Shown here: positions 1 through 12,966 of the stretch, piece by piece
How positions within the stretch are numbered: the stretch's first letter is position 1
How the letters are laid out: each line of letters begins with the position of its first letter
NCBI GenBank assembly: GCA_013265495.1
Contig: MU058444.1
Coordinates: forward strand, 2,046,001-2,110,000
DNA from: Vicugna vicugna
Lineage: Eukaryota
DNA: 64,000 bases
Direction: 5' to 3'
The notes under the pieces: generated by a model
The model's database searches: none
The model's input: only the letters and a program-made list of their open reading frames with translations
Told to the model about the DNA's origin: nothing
Program-made: the position numbers and the translations under genes

Positions 1-703
1 TGTGAAATCAAACTTCAGTGACACAGCTTCTCACAACTGTTATTAGAATTACCATGAGAAATGTAAGCATGTCCAATCAGAACTTCTTGGAAAACTGAAT
101 TTGCAGGATGGTTATGAAGTACATGCTAATCAGAAGGTTATCTGTATGTTTCCTTTCCTAATCTCTTCCAACCTTAACCTTTTTCCTTGTCTGACATCTT
201 TCATGTCAAGGTTGGGAAGCCAATACCCTCTGGGATGGCGGCCTGACCATTCCCCTGAAGTCCCTCCACACCTGAATTCCAAAACGCAGGTTATCACCTT
301 ATAAAGGAGGTAGGTCTGTTCGTAAACAAGCTTAATGTCAAAAGATTGGAACATCTTAAGAGAAATCTGCTTGGAAAGCAGCACATTCGGGGATTTTAAA
401 TCTAGTTTCATTTCATCAGGTTATTCAGGGACAAATGATTAAATCTATACATTGGAAAATTCCCCAGTCATGTTCCAGGCACCCATCCTCACCCCATCAC
501 TTGTGGCTGGGTAGGTGGGGGGAGGGATCTGGGAGGAGAAGCTGTCAATAAAACAAATAGATGGGCTGTGGTCAGATCACGTCCACGTTTCGGATGGAGA
601 AGAAAAGAACAGCAGGTGATGCGTTTATATAACTTAAAACAAACAGCACAAAGTATGTGGCTGACATCCAAGTCTGAAGTTTTTTTTTTGCATCATTCTT
701 TTT

Positions 704-852
704 TTTAATATTCTTTTTTAAAAAATTTTTTGGGGGGGAGGTAATTAGGTTTACTTACTTACTTTTTTTGGAGAAGGTACTGGGGATTAAACCCAGGATC
801 TTGGCTATGCTAAGCCATGTGCTCTACGACTTGAGCTACACCCTCCCCCTTC
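704..852 (-). mobile_element. tRNA-derived SINE (Vic-1-like)
   Basis: A/B-box head and A-rich tail. Target-site duplication (TSD) TGCATCATTCTTTTT at 689-703 and 853-867. Confidence 0.88.
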
Positions 853-3203
853 TGCATCATTCTTTTTGTATTTCATGGATGTATGATCATTGGGTAAACA
901 GAAAACAAATGTTGCAGTATCAAACCGTTCTCTGGTCCCACCTAATTCCAAACATCTCTATGGGGCAAGGTTATAAAATAGTTTCAGTGACATATCAGCT
1001 CCTTAATAAACTTGAAAATTAGGGGTTTGGAAACTACTCTTTTGAGTGCAAAACTGAATTTCTGCCAAACCAGAAAGACAGGTACCGGTTTGTTCTTAAA
1101 TTTGCCTAGAGAGTAAGAGATGTTTCATGACCCTTTCAGTGCACAAGCCGTGTCTCAAAGTCCTTATGGTTGGAAATACCTTTGTTACATACCTCCATCT
1201 TGCTGAAACAGTGGCACCTTCCTTAAGATTATTGAGGGAGATTATCAAACAAAAAATCACCCCATAGGACTTTCCCTCTCTATCTGATATACAAAGAGGC
1301 ACTCCAGTGAGGTAGAACGAGATCCAGATTAAGTTCTGGTTGAAATGCCTACCGGGACTGCAGGCAAGTCACCGCATCCCACACTGTCCACGCCCCTCCC
1401 AGCCCTAAATGGTGCAGCTCAGCCTTACTGGGAAGGTCTATCTCTTTTTCTTTCCTTCTGGTTTTTTTTTTTTTTTTTGTAATTGGTTTAAGTGCTTTTC
1501 GTTGGTTTTCTTTATTACTGGGAGGTTACTTCCCTGGGAAGACTTGCAGGCATGTCAAAGGAACGCACATGTAAGTGCAGAATAAATACATACGAACAAC
1601 CAGAAGATGGCGAGACAGGGATGCCCCTAATGTTAGCTGCATGACCTTCTGGCAGAGAGATGCTTTCCCTAAACCCTCTCCATTCTCTCTCACAAGGACG
1701 GCTTGGAGGATACAGACCACAGTGTTCACACTGTCTTTCTTCCATGAGTTTTTCTGTATTCGTTGAGAAAATCCTGAAACTTTCAATAAGGGATGATTTT
1801 ATTAGGGGAAAAAAACCCCAATTATTGTTATTTTCCTAAAGATGTTTTGGGTTCTAGGAAAACACATACCAACCCGGTGACTTTCATGTTGAAAATATGT
1901 GCAAAACCTTGAATAGAACTGGGTGACAGCTTAATGACCTTGGCACAGGGCAGAGCTTTGAGCCTGTCACCTGCCTTCCTTCAAGGGACGAGCCAACCAC
2001 ATTCTGCTTCTCAAGAAAAATCATACTCCCACGAGGATAGGCTCTCTGTCTGGCTATTTAGAGAAGTCTTCAGTGCCAACCTTGCAAGGATGAAATACAT
2101 TCTGGTGAAAAACATTCAACTATTTTCCAATAGTTGAATGAACTTCATGAATCAACAGGCTTACTTCCCTGTGCTAACGAGGCACTCAAATTCCTCCAGA
2201 CTTTGAAAACGGAGCCGTGCACACGCAGCCCTCGGGCATCAAGGCCTCCCTGGCAGAGCTGTCTCAGGCAGGCCTTTTGCTGGCGTTATTTCATCTGCTT
2301 TTGCGATAAGAGCACACTTTTTTTTTCCCCGAGAGCACACCACTGAAACGAGGAGCGAGGCATCAAGGCTTCGGAACTAGATAAATCACACTTCTACGGT
2401 CAGCTGCGAAAATGAATTTCGGATGCTCCCGCACCATCTGATTTGTGTTCCTTGCTTTTGGCTTGCACGAGTAAGAGCTTAGTCACCTACCTTCCCCAGC
2501 CCTGGCCTACAGTTCACGGCAAAACCACACCGACCCCGGCAGAGAAAGCCCGTAATGACAGTCTGATGACTTAATGAATACTCAGAGATTTCCATAAAAG
2601 TTAATCAAAACCTGTGTTACAAGCTTGGGTTTCCAGGACCCCACGCATTGCCCACAGTGTCCTGAGAGGGCTGTGGTTCACGGCGGGGGCCTAGGAAACT
2701 CTGGAACTCTAAACCCTGTACGAGCTGCAGACGGGTCAGAAAGGATCATTTTTTCCCCCTTCAGTCATCTTCAGAGAAAGTCTCCATTACCAACACCACT
2801 GCTTCCTTTTTAGAAAGGACGCAGCCTCTCCTGGCCACATAGGAAGATGCAGAGTTAGTAACTCAAAATACTGATTCACACACAGAGGAGACTTAACCAG
2901 GGCGTAAAGTTACCATGAGCTACGTGCACCCGTGCAGATGAAAGGCATTCTGTCTGGAGAGCAGGGGGCGGGGCTGGTCCTCCAGGTGGATGACCTGGTG
3001 AGGACGAGGTTCGGGGACCCGGAGGCATCCAGCCATCAGCTCACTACAGATCAGCTTTGCCCGGCACTCGGATGTCCCCGGAACCCCGCTGGATCCCTTT
3101 CCAATCCCTCCTCTTTTGTGAAGCGTGACCAACAAGTGGTGACACTACCGATGGCCACCCCTGCCCGGGGGGCGGCTCTGGGAACACGGGGAGAGGCTCT
3201 GCC

Positions 3204-3398
3204 TAGAATGGCCGCGTCCATCTCCTCCACCTTCTGCGTGATGGTGTCGCTCACCAGGCGGTAGCGCTCGTTGTCCTCGGCCACCATCTTCTCCAGCCCC
3301 TCCCGCGCCCTCCAGGGCACCAGCTCCAGCAGGGCGCTGCTCACTTCGTTAAGCGAGTCCAGCAGGGCTTTGCTGTTCTTGGCTTCCTTCTTCAGCTC
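3204..3398 (-). CDS. DST: Dystonin exon ELKKEAKN...MDAAIL (3' end and donor not found)
   Basis: ttccag acceptor. Homology stops after AAIL; the expected RSQQ and GT donor are absent. Confidence 0.85.
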
Positions 3399-4344
3399 CT
3401 GGAAACGGGAGGAAGGAAACGTCCACACCCGTGGGCAACGCTGAGGAGTCTGGACAGGCCCTTCCCCTAACTGTGCTCGGGGCTGAAGCCCTTCGCAGGC
3501 TGATGCGATGCGCTGGCGTGGTCCCCTACGTCTCGGTCAGCTCTATAAACCTCAGCTGCTTAAAGCTATTTTGCAGAAAAGAAAGTGTTTCCTGAGGTGT
3601 TCAAAAGAGCCAATCATTTGTCAACACCACAGGAGTTTTATCTTTGAAACGTATGATAAATGTTTAAAAGGTGGGAACCCGAATCAAGCAAGTTCCACAT
3701 GTACTCATTCTTTGCTCACTGATAACCTCTCAGTAATCAGATAGCAGAAAAGTAAGACAAAAAGGAAAGTCCAAGCCCAGAGTCAAGTCACCCTCAAGAC
3801 GAGGACCCACGTCAGCTTTAAATCTCGCCCGCGGAGTCGTTACAGGCTGGGTGAGCCGGACCCCAGCAACTTCCTCCTCCCCCGTGCTCCTCCTTCAGGG
3901 ATGATGAAAACAGAGGCCGAGACCCCTGAGAAGGATGATCAGCAGGGGGGAAAAGACACTATTGCAGCGTAATTAGAGAAGCCACCTCGTGTTTTCCATC
4001 TGTCCTGTAGAGATACTGTTATTCTAACGAAGGTATGCATTCTCTCTGAAACAATGATCATTTTCCTTTTTTTCCCCTCTGTTTTCATCATTCTGTTCCT
4101 AGGGTAATAAATTTGACTCCCACCCTAAGAGTCGAGAAACAAATGCAAACATGCCATTTTCATCTTTCGGGGCTCCTTGAAATCCCGAGAGCTGATATGG
4201 TGTCCATTTCGGATGGGTCCCCGCCCACCAAGGCATCCCTCAGCACACGAGAAATGACGTGCGATAAATACGGTCTCGTTCCTGTGCAAGGAACGCTCCC
4301 TGGAAGGTAGCGAGAGGACCCCCCGTGCACAAAGCAGAGCGTAC

Positions 4345-4586
4345 TTTCTGCCTGGCGTGTGCCTGGCTGGCAGCGTCTCCCGTCAGATCCTGCGTCTCGT
4401 AGGACAGCAACTCCACCTCCACCTTGTCCAGCCAGGCGCACACCTCCTCGTGTGTGGTGTGCAGCCGCCGCGCCAGCTGCAGGGCCTGCTCCAGGGTCCC
4501 GGCCACCTCCGTGCTCAGTCGGGTGATGTCTCTGTACCTGGCTTTAATGGCCTCCAACTTGTCTTGAATGATTAAAACTTCATCAC
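4345..4586 (-). CDS. DST: Dystonin exon (G)DEVLIIQ...HARQK (242 nt)
   Basis: ttttag acceptor, AAA|gtacgc donor, phase 1-0. Confidence 0.94.
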
Positions 4587-4624
4587 CTAAAATTTCAAAG
4601 GCATGTTACATCTCAGGAAAGGGG

Positions 4625-4745
4625 CTGGTGGCGTGTATAGCTCAGGCGGAGAGTGCGTGCTCAGCATGCACGAGGTCCTGGGTTCGATCCCCAGCACCTC
4701 CATTAAATAAATAAATCTAATTACCCCCACCCCAAAAAAAGAACG
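4625..4745 (+). mobile_element. tRNA-derived SINE (Vic-1-like)
   Basis: TATAGCTCAGGCGGAGAG...GGTTCGATCCCCAGCACCTCC followed by AAATAAAT...CTAATTACCCCC. Confidence 0.88.
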
Positions 4746-5039
4746 AAAGGGGAAGAGGGAGTCCTTTAGATGCTGTGATATGCTGATGAGATTTTCGGGG
4801 CTGGGGGTGAGGAGACCTTTCTCTAAAGAGGTGCTGACCCCAGAAAAGCCCCTCCCTCAATTTGAATCTTTCCCAGGATTTTGCGGCGAAGGTAAACTGC
4901 TCTGAAAATGTAAACATAAAACCAATAAAGGGCTGCGGTGCCTTCCGTGACATGGGAAGGACCGCCGTGGCATGATGCCTTCCGTGTTCAAGCACAGGGG
5001 TTAACCACAGCCTGGGGTCCAAACGCCAACTTTGTGGCT

Positions 5040-5195
5040 TATTATCTTGCCTGAGACACAGAACCTCTGTGTCCCTGGTGACACATCATTGCGTGAGGAG
5101 AAGGAGAGAACCTATTTCATAAGGTTGGGATAAAAATGCAATGAGTTTCTATCTGCAAAGTGTTTAGAACAGTGCCTGGCACATGTGTGCTCATG
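5040..5195 (+). mobile_element. MIR fragment
   Basis: CCTATTTCATAAGGTTG...TGCAAAGTGTTTAGAACAGTGCCTGGCACAT core. Confidence 0.6.
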
Positions 5196-5909
5196 TGTAT
5201 AATCTATGTACGTGCGTGTGTGTTCAACATAATAAAGTCATCTGTGCTATTCCATTACGTCTTCTTGTGCCTCCATTTAATTTCAGACACACAGAGGAAC
5301 TGTGTCCCGGGCTTCAGACTTCAGGGCAAGGCTCTAAATACTAAACCAAACCCTTCCAGTTCATAATGAACTGGTACTCACCCCTTCCAAGTACATACAC
5401 TGAATTCAATATAGGTCCAGTGAGACTCTCCTATGCCCAGTGGAATGACTTAAACAAGCTAGGGTCTGTTTCCTTAGTGAGTTCAAGCATGGAGAAGGAA
5501 GCCTCGGACAGTTACACTGTGCGCCACGGAATGCCGTCTATCTTAAAATTAAAAAACAAAAAACCATCCACAACCTACGTGCTCATTTGAACAACTGCCT
5601 CCCGTAAGTGGAAAACTAACTTAACTCCACCGAGGGAGCCTCTGACCACCTCCTGGGCCCCAGTGCTTGGCATTATGAGTAATTCACAAAACTTCTGTTA
5701 AGAACTCAGTGAGATCATGAGAAGAAAAAAAAAAGTGAAATCATATTCCAAAAACCTCCTTGATCGGCCTTCAAAGCATTCTCCAGGATGAAGTCTTGGA
5801 GTGGCCCCCGAATTATAAAGTGTTTTTTTTTTTAAACCCTGTCTCTAAAATATTTTGAAAGCAAGGCAAAATGCTCACTGCTCGATGATTTGTCTTAGAG
5901 ACGTCTCAC

Positions 5910-5994
5910 CTGTTGTCTGTTTAAGTAGTTCTAGACCATTCAGTAACGCCTGATCTACGTTTTGTTTTCTGAGTAGGATGTCCTCTTGCAGAAC
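5910..5994 (-). CDS. DST: Dystonin exon VLQEDILL...LKQTT(G) (85 nt)
   Basis: ttttag acceptor, CAG|gtgaga donor, phase 0-1. Confidence 0.94.
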
Positions 5995-6335
5995 CTAAAA
6001 CACAGGTACCATTTTACATGGGAAAAAGAAATTTAAAGACGCATTGGCATTACCTGTTAACCCCAGAGAATTTTAATTAGGTTTCATTTGGACCAGACAC
6101 CTCACATTTTCAAATATCCCTCACTGTTCTCGCATTTACCCCGCCTTTCTCCACCACTGCGCCTCCGTCCTGTGTTCATAATTCACTCCCCTCTTCAGAA
6201 AACGTGGCCAGGTGGGAACCTCGGAGGATGGGTTTATTACGTACAGGTCTGTGTATACAATGATGACATGACAAAATGAAAGGTGAAAAATCCACCTACT
6301 GGATCAATTCAGTCTCTTCTTAAACGTGGCTTCAC

Positions 6336-6548
6336 TGGGAGTTCGGGGTTTGCAGATACTAACTACTTGTATGTATAAAACAGATAAACAGCAAGGCCCT
6401 ACTGTAGAGCGCGGGGAACTAAAACCAATACTTTGGAATGGCCTATAATGAAAAAAAGTATGAAAATGTATAGACGTATAACTGAAGCACTATGCTGTAC
6501 ACCAGAAATTAATACAGCATTGTAAATCGACTATACTTCAATAAAAAA
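6336..6548 (+). mobile_element. LINE-1 3' end fragment
   Basis: ...GCTGTACACCAGAAA...GACTATACTTCAATAAAAA terminus shared with the other copies in the window. Confidence 0.8.
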
Positions 6549-6783
6549 TTGTTTTAACTCAAAAAGATTTAATTAAAAAAAAGCAAAAAGCAAAAAGAAA
6601 TGATGGCTAACATAACCAAAAAATAAAAAAAATAAAAGTAATTGTAAACCCAGGCCAAGTCTTCTTTGGAGTGTGTAGCGAGTCATCTAAGTCATAACGA
6701 GGAACATAAAATAATACAGAAATCAGGAGAACTGAGAAAACAAAGATAACTGAAATGAACAAAAACGAAATAAATCAAAATAC

Positions 6784-7110
6784 CCGAAGCTCGGCCTGTT
6801 GCGTGCCCAGCCCCACGGGGCCGTAGTCCTGGACCGAGAGCCTGCTCAGCTTGTCGTGTGCTTCGTGCAGCCAATTCATCAGCTCCACTTCGTCTTCCCC
6901 AAAAATCTTAGCATTGCACAGGGCCTGCTGGAGCAGCTCAGACCTGCAGCGGCTCTTCTCCTGCATCTCAATGTACCACACTTGACACGAGTCTAATTTC
7001 TGCTGCACCGAATCTTTATCCTCCCTGGAGCTCAAAACCTTTAAGGACTGGCCGATGCTAACGGCCTGGTGTAAATGTTTACTGTGACTGAGGATGTCAT
7101 CTTCTAAGGC
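6784..7110 (-). CDS. DST: Dystonin exon ALEDDILS...QAELR (327 nt, 109 aa)
   Basis: Long polypyrimidine tract plus tttag acceptor, CGG|gtattt donor, phase 0-0. Confidence 0.93.
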
Positions 7111-7315
7111 CTAAATGGAAATGAGAAGAAGAGAAACGAAAAAGAAAACAAAAAAGAGAATGGACAAATAAAAATGGAAACATAAAGCAGAACGAAAGGA
7201 TGGCTCATGAAGCGGGTCTACGTCTGCAGTGATGCAGACGGGATGCAAACGTATGTCATAAAACCGCAAAGGAAATGGAAAACAGGGTCTGGCTGACACG
7301 GGGCGGGAGGCTCAC

Positions 7316-7475
7316 TTTGTGCTGCGTGATCTGTTCCTCCAGCTTGGATGCCTGGGTTCCGATGGGCTCGCAATTTGCCAGCTTCTTCTCCACGGTCGTC
7401 AGCCACTCGTTGAGCGGTTCTAAGGTTTCATGAAATTGCTGGGCTACCACTGAGATACCTTCCAACTGACGATTC
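7316..7475 (-). CDS. DST: Dystonin exon NRQLEGIS...ITQHK (160 nt)
   Basis: ttacag acceptor, AAA|gtgagc donor, phase 2-0. Confidence 0.95.
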
Positions 7476-7635
7476 CTGTAAATGGGCCAAGATGCAGGGC
7501 GTTCAGGAATGAGGAACGTGGGAGAGCAGTCAACAGAAACCCCCACTCGGGCCCTTGCAACCCACGCTGAGCAGTTTGTGCACAAAACATCTTGGGTTAG
7601 AATGAAAACCTCTCACATCTAAAAGGCACTTTAAA

Positions 7636-7770
7636 GGGGGAGAGGGTATAGCTCAAATGGTAGAGCACGTGCTTAGCATGCACGAGGCCCTGGGCTCAAT
7701 CCCCAGGACCTCCACTGAAAAACCAAGTAAATAAATAAACCTACCTACCCCCTGCAAAAAAAAAAAAAAT
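7636..7770 (+). mobile_element. tRNA-derived SINE (Vic-1-like)
   Basis: GAGGGTATAGCTCAAATGGTAGAG head and poly-A tail. Confidence 0.88.
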
Positions 7771-9793
7771 CTGTAAAAGATATTTTAAAATAGTTCCACT
7801 ATTAAATAAAATTAGTTCTCTTATTAACTAAAATTATAGTTGAACAGACCAACCTCCAGTGCCTGAATCTTACGAACATTTTAAGTAACCTGGTTATAAT
7901 TCTTACAGTGAAACAGTTATAATAATAGTAAAGTTGTAATACCAAGAGCAGTAATGATGATGGTTAAGAATAGGTAATATTTACTGAACAGACGTCCTGT
8001 GCTTTATCATGAACTAACTTCAGTCAGAGCCCCGGTCACTGAGTTGGCTGTAATCAAATGGTCAAAATTGGATGCAAACAGCATTCACAGTGGATTATGG
8101 GTGGTTCCTCCTTTAAAAAGCACACTGGCAGGTATATTTCCCCAAAGCAATAGTTAATGATCCTTGGGCTAAGACATCATGAAAGAGGAGAAATATGCCC
8201 TCAGACTCTTGCTTGTCATGTAGTTTGAAATGCTTTTCGAAAACTCACCGTTCCCTCTGTTAAAAAGGTACCTCGGAAATTGAAACCTACCTCCACTGTC
8301 CTCAGTGTTTATCGAGGGCAAGTGATTGTGCCAGCCTGTGTACAGAGGACCTGATTCAGTGCCCAGTCCTAAGACTCACTTCAGCGGGGACCCAGAGTGG
8401 CTGTCTTGTCAGCACATTTAATTCTTGGGGAATTACATGATTTGAGAAATGAGCTTTCCATGGGGATGAAGGGAATTATGGAAAACTGGTACATGCCACT
8501 GACAACAATTTCTCTATCATTACATCGCCAACTACATGTGCATATGTTTTAAAATATGCATAAATATGCACATATGTAAAAATATTCAGTTGAAATACAC
8601 TTGATCTTTCAAAAATGAAAAAAATCACCATACTATTTTTGACTTCTGCATTATCATTTCCTATGATTCTTTTTGCTAAATTCTAATATCCAATCATCTA
8701 GAATCAGTGGAAATTACTTTGTGATTAGGTTTAACTTACTATGATTTAAATTGTGAGGGAATCTATTGATCTGTGTGTGAATCATAATATGACCACCATC
8801 TTTCCCCAGTTCAATACCGCTGTGAGGAAGGGTTAGGAAAAGGCCAGAGATCGAGACACTCACTCATCTATTTACAAAAAGGACTGAGAGTCCCTCTCAC
8901 GGCAGCCAGGGCACAAGGCCCTGGGGCTTCACACAGAAGGAATAATCTACTGACACACAAGCAACTTCCATGATAACATGAAACTTCCACCTCCTTAAGA
9001 ACACCTGAGTCGGTCCTAGAATGGTAAATCCTTCTACTTCGTACTTCAGGATTAGACAAACCCTTCCCTGCACCATTTTAGTTCCAGAGGAGGTAGGAAC
9101 ATCTGGAGAATCTCTTTCTGTTTCACGGCTCTTCTATTTCCAACCCAACCAGCCTACGGAGTGACATTTCGATGCCGCTATGACTTGACACTGGTCAACA
9201 AGGTGCCAGGGAAGAAAACGAAGGGATGTAATCAAAGAGCGTGGAGCGCAGATGCCCGGGGAGGGCCATGCTCCCAGCTTCCACCCTTGTAACATCACAG
9301 CGCCCTCCACCTGCCTTGTTGCCGAACCGACTCCTGCTCCTCCTGCAAAACAGAGCTCAGCTGTCACCTTCCCGCCCCAGGCTGGCTCTTCTTATGAAAA
9401 CTTCCACGGTACCCTGGGTGCAGGTTTTGCTTTGAACTACCACATCTGTATCACCCGTCAGTGGCTATGCAGCCCTGCCAGCTGTGCCCTGTCTGCGGGC
9501 AGAGAGGATCCAGCCAGCTCACCCCATGAGACGCGTGGTAGGCAGGCAGTGACTACCTAATACACAGATGAACGAATGACCCCCCAGGGGAAACACTTAA
9601 AGCATTGGCATCTGTCTGGGGACCACAAGACATTTTACCACCAGAGGGATGAGGAGGGAGACACCACAGCCCTAGGTTCACATACATGATAAACACAGGA
9701 GAAGAGCAATTCAGAGGGAAGCACTACCCAAAGACAAGAAATCTGGATTAAAGCCACCGCTGCTCTTCCAGAAGACGGGAGGCACTGGGTTAC

Positions 9794-9960
9794 CTTGTTT
9801 CGGCCTTACTGAGCAGCGCCTCCCATCTGCTGTCCAGCAGATTCAGTTGTTTCAGGATCTTCACTTTATCCGCGGGTTCTGCTGTGTCGGCAATTTTTTC
9901 TCCCTCCCGTTTGATCATCTCCACGGTGGATTTGCGGTCATCCAGCAACCTCTGGAGAAG
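9794..9960 (-). CDS. DST: Dystonin exon LLQRLLDD...KAET(R) (167 nt)
   Basis: cctcag acceptor, AG|gtaacc donor, phase 0-2. Confidence 0.95.
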
Positions 9961-10214
9961 CTGAGGGCAGAGCATTGAGTTTAAAAAAGAATTAACAAAC
10001 AGAAAGGAAGCTGAGGAATAACTGTATCAACATGTGGAAGACATATGCTAAGTACTTTGGGTGTGTGACAAAAAGAATTCTGTGTGGGTTCACACACAAA
10101 AAGGGTCTGAGAAGTAGGACTGGAAAAAAAAAACTCATTTTGTTTAATGATTCATTACTACTACTATGTCAGACACTGTGGTGGGGGCTTTTCGTAGTAA
10201 ATGAAACTAACATC

Positions 10215-10409
10215 GGGGGAGGGGACAGGTCAGTGGGAGAGCACGTGCTTAACACGCACAAGGTCCTGGGTTCAATCCGTAGTATCGCCATTAAAAATAA
10301 TAATAATAATTAAATAAATAAACCTAATTATGTCTCGTCCCAAAAAATAATTTAAAAAATAAATAAGATTAAAAAATAAATGTAAAAACAGCTTTAAAAA
10401 TAAAAAATA
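10215..10409 (+). mobile_element. tRNA-derived SINE (Vic-1-like) with long A-rich tail
   Basis: Same consensus. Approximate TSD AAACTAA(C/T)ATC. Confidence 0.85.
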
Positions 10410-12027
10410 AAACTAATATCAATAAGGCCACTAAACCATTCATTATTTGTTTTTTAATATACAATAATGGCGTAGAAGGTGCCACGGGGGAGACTCCGCT
10501 GCACTGAAAAGTGCAAAATCCCCATTACTGCAATGAAACGGGGATGCCCTAGGCTCCCAACCACTGTCTGTCCAACAGAGACAGAAAAAGCCACCACAAA
10601 TCTTTGCTGCTTTCAGAACCTCTTCCCACGTTAGCCAATCCATCATAACAGACAGGGAAGCTGAGACTGGGACCAAGTTCACGAGCTACTGAGGCTAAAA
10701 TGAGAGGCTCCTGGCTCCTTTTACAAGGTTGGACTGGCTCCTAAAGTCCTTTATGAGGGTGGAAACTAACAAGAGCCTTGAAATACCATCTCCAGAATGA
10801 AAACAGGGTGAAACGTGGCAGAAATCGCCAAAGCTGGCTAAATAAGATGAATATTTCAGGATTTAGCAGCAGCAGCAAAAAAAAAAAAAAAAAAAAAAAT
10901 TCAGAATTCTGCAGCAGCACAAAAAAAAAAAAAAAAAAAAAAGAATTCAATTTAATTCTTCACTGCAAGAAGGCTGGAATGGAATGCTTGACACAGGGAG
11001 CCAGAAATCGGATTACCTTCCTCCAAAGGAATCAGAACAAGTATTTCAGGGGAAGTGTGCAGGGCACAGGCGCTGTGCTGAGAGTGGCGGGGAAGGCACA
11101 GGTGTACAGACCCCTGGGGACCCCGCTGCTTCCCGGACCCTGTCCTGACTGATGCTTACGGACGGACGGGCACGGACAGTCACCGGAAGTGACAAGCTGG
11201 AAGGGTGTCCTCTCCTGGTCACTCTGAGACCAAGACCACCCAGCAGTGGGGAGAGGAAAGCGTTCAAAGAGAAGGGGGGATACGCCCTCTCCTGACACAG
11301 GTTGGAGTCATTATACAAAGCACGACAGGTGGCTCAGCCAGTAAAAAGAACAATTAAGGAGACTAGTTGGGGTAAACGTTACATCAGAGGCCCTAGCAAT
11401 GAAGAAGGCAGAGTCAACAAACAGGTTCTGTCGGTTAGTCACAGGTTATCAACTCTGGGAGAATAATGAAAGTTTAAATTAAATCGTGAATGGTCACAGT
11501 TATATTACACCACATCATAAAATATTATATCTGTTTATTCTATTCATTAAGTATATTATAAAAATTATAAAATACATCATTATACTTTATTGTTATAAAT
11601 TACATAAACTATAAATTATTTTATTACATATCATATACTAGTTTTTTCCAAAAATTACACAAATGCAGTGTGTTTTCTGTTATGTTTCTTTAATCCTCAT
11701 CGCTTAATCTATTTCCAATAGGTTAATTTTCCCACATTATAAAGACTTGAGAGAATTTTTAGACAGAGTAGCACTGAATGTTAAAACTCAGTTAAGCCTT
11801 TTAATCCTTTCCCTTCTTTCCAAAGAGAAACCTTGTCAATGTGCTGTGTGACAGGTGTCCCCCCCGCTTTCTGTCACTTCAAGTCACGGCTGATAAATTA
11901 ATACCGCAAAGGTCACTAAATGCTTCCTAACTGACCATGAAAGTTGTACGTGTGGCTCCAAGTAGTCACCATCCCTCTGAGGAGTGTCCTTCCAACCTGG
12001 TCCTGTGTTTGCGGTGTCAAAAGACAC

Positions 12028-12197
12028 CAGAACCTACTGTCTAGCACAGGGAACTATATTCAGTTTCTTGTAATAATATATAATGGAAAAGACTCTGAAA
12101 AGAAAAAATATATGTATGTACGTATGTGTATAACTGAATCACTTTGCTGTACACCTGAAACTAACATTGTAAATCAATTACACTTCAATTTAAAAAA
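12028..12197 (+). mobile_element. LINE-1 3' end fragment
   Basis: TAGCACAGGGAACTATATTCA...CTGTACACCTGAAACTAAC motif. Confidence 0.8.
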
Positions 12198-12489
12198 ATT
12201 TTTTTTTAAAGACAGCAGAGCACTCTCAGCATGTGTGAATTAGCTTTCTGCCTCATTAGTACAGGCTGAAGCGTAAGAAACTGCCCATACTGAATCCAGA
12301 AAAAAGGCAACTTCACATGCAGCAACCAACTGTATGGGGGAACAAGGGTATTTCTGCTCCAAGTCACCTGTTCGGTGAGTGAGGTCTCCCGGGAGTTCTC
12401 TAGATTTTAAAACTGCACACACTCCCACTCCACTCAGCACTTCCTGTCGGCCACCCTTACCTGTCACTTCCTAACCCTTATCTCCCTCC

Positions 12490-12682
12490 TGCTTTGTTTA
12501 TCACTTGCTAATGTATCTCCACTGACTTGTTTACTCCACTTATTGTCTCTCCCTGTTCCTCCCTTCCCACTAAACCTGAAACTCAATGAGGAACTCTGAT
12601 CGTTTTTATTCACCCTGTATCTCCAGCCCCTGGAACCATGGCTGACCTGCGGCAGATGGTCAATAAATGTTTGTTGAATGAC
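12490..12682 (+). mobile_element. L2 3' end
   Basis: TTCACCCTGTATCTCCAGC...CAATAAATGTTTGTTGAATGA terminus. Confidence 0.7.
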
Positions 12683-12795
12683 TAACAGAATAATGCCTAG
12701 AGCATTGATAAGCAGTTACCTAGGATATCCTAGTCACATGGTAAATTTTTACTCTCATCAATACTTAACATGGAACCAAACAAAAGCTCCCTTAC

Positions 12796-12966
12796 CTTTT
12801 GCTCTTGTATCTGGGCCTTCACCACCTTGAACTCGGCGGACGGGGGCTTCTGATTGGCCACCAGCTCCTCGGTGTCCACCATCCAGCTGAGCAGGGACTC
12901 CAGTGCATCCTGGAACCTCCCGCAGTGCAGGAGGGCCTCCTGTAACTGGGCTGCTCGCTGGGCGAC
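12796..12966 (-). CDS. DST: Dystonin exon VAQRAAQL...IQEQK (171 nt)
   Basis: gtgcag acceptor, AAG|gtaagg donor. Confidence 0.96.

Noticed and set aside
1..3180. Further DST exons (FDQAADAEL...)
   Set aside because: No matching frame found; the next exon probably lies beyond the window.
4625..4700. tRNA-like sequences here and at about 10 other sites
   Set aside because: They are diverged SINE heads with A-rich tails and TSDs, not functional tRNA genes.
8249..8256. Possible microexon ttttaacag|AGGGAACG|gtgagt
   Set aside because: The 8-nt form shifts frame, and the 6-nt form needs a weak GAG acceptor. Not supportable without RNA data.
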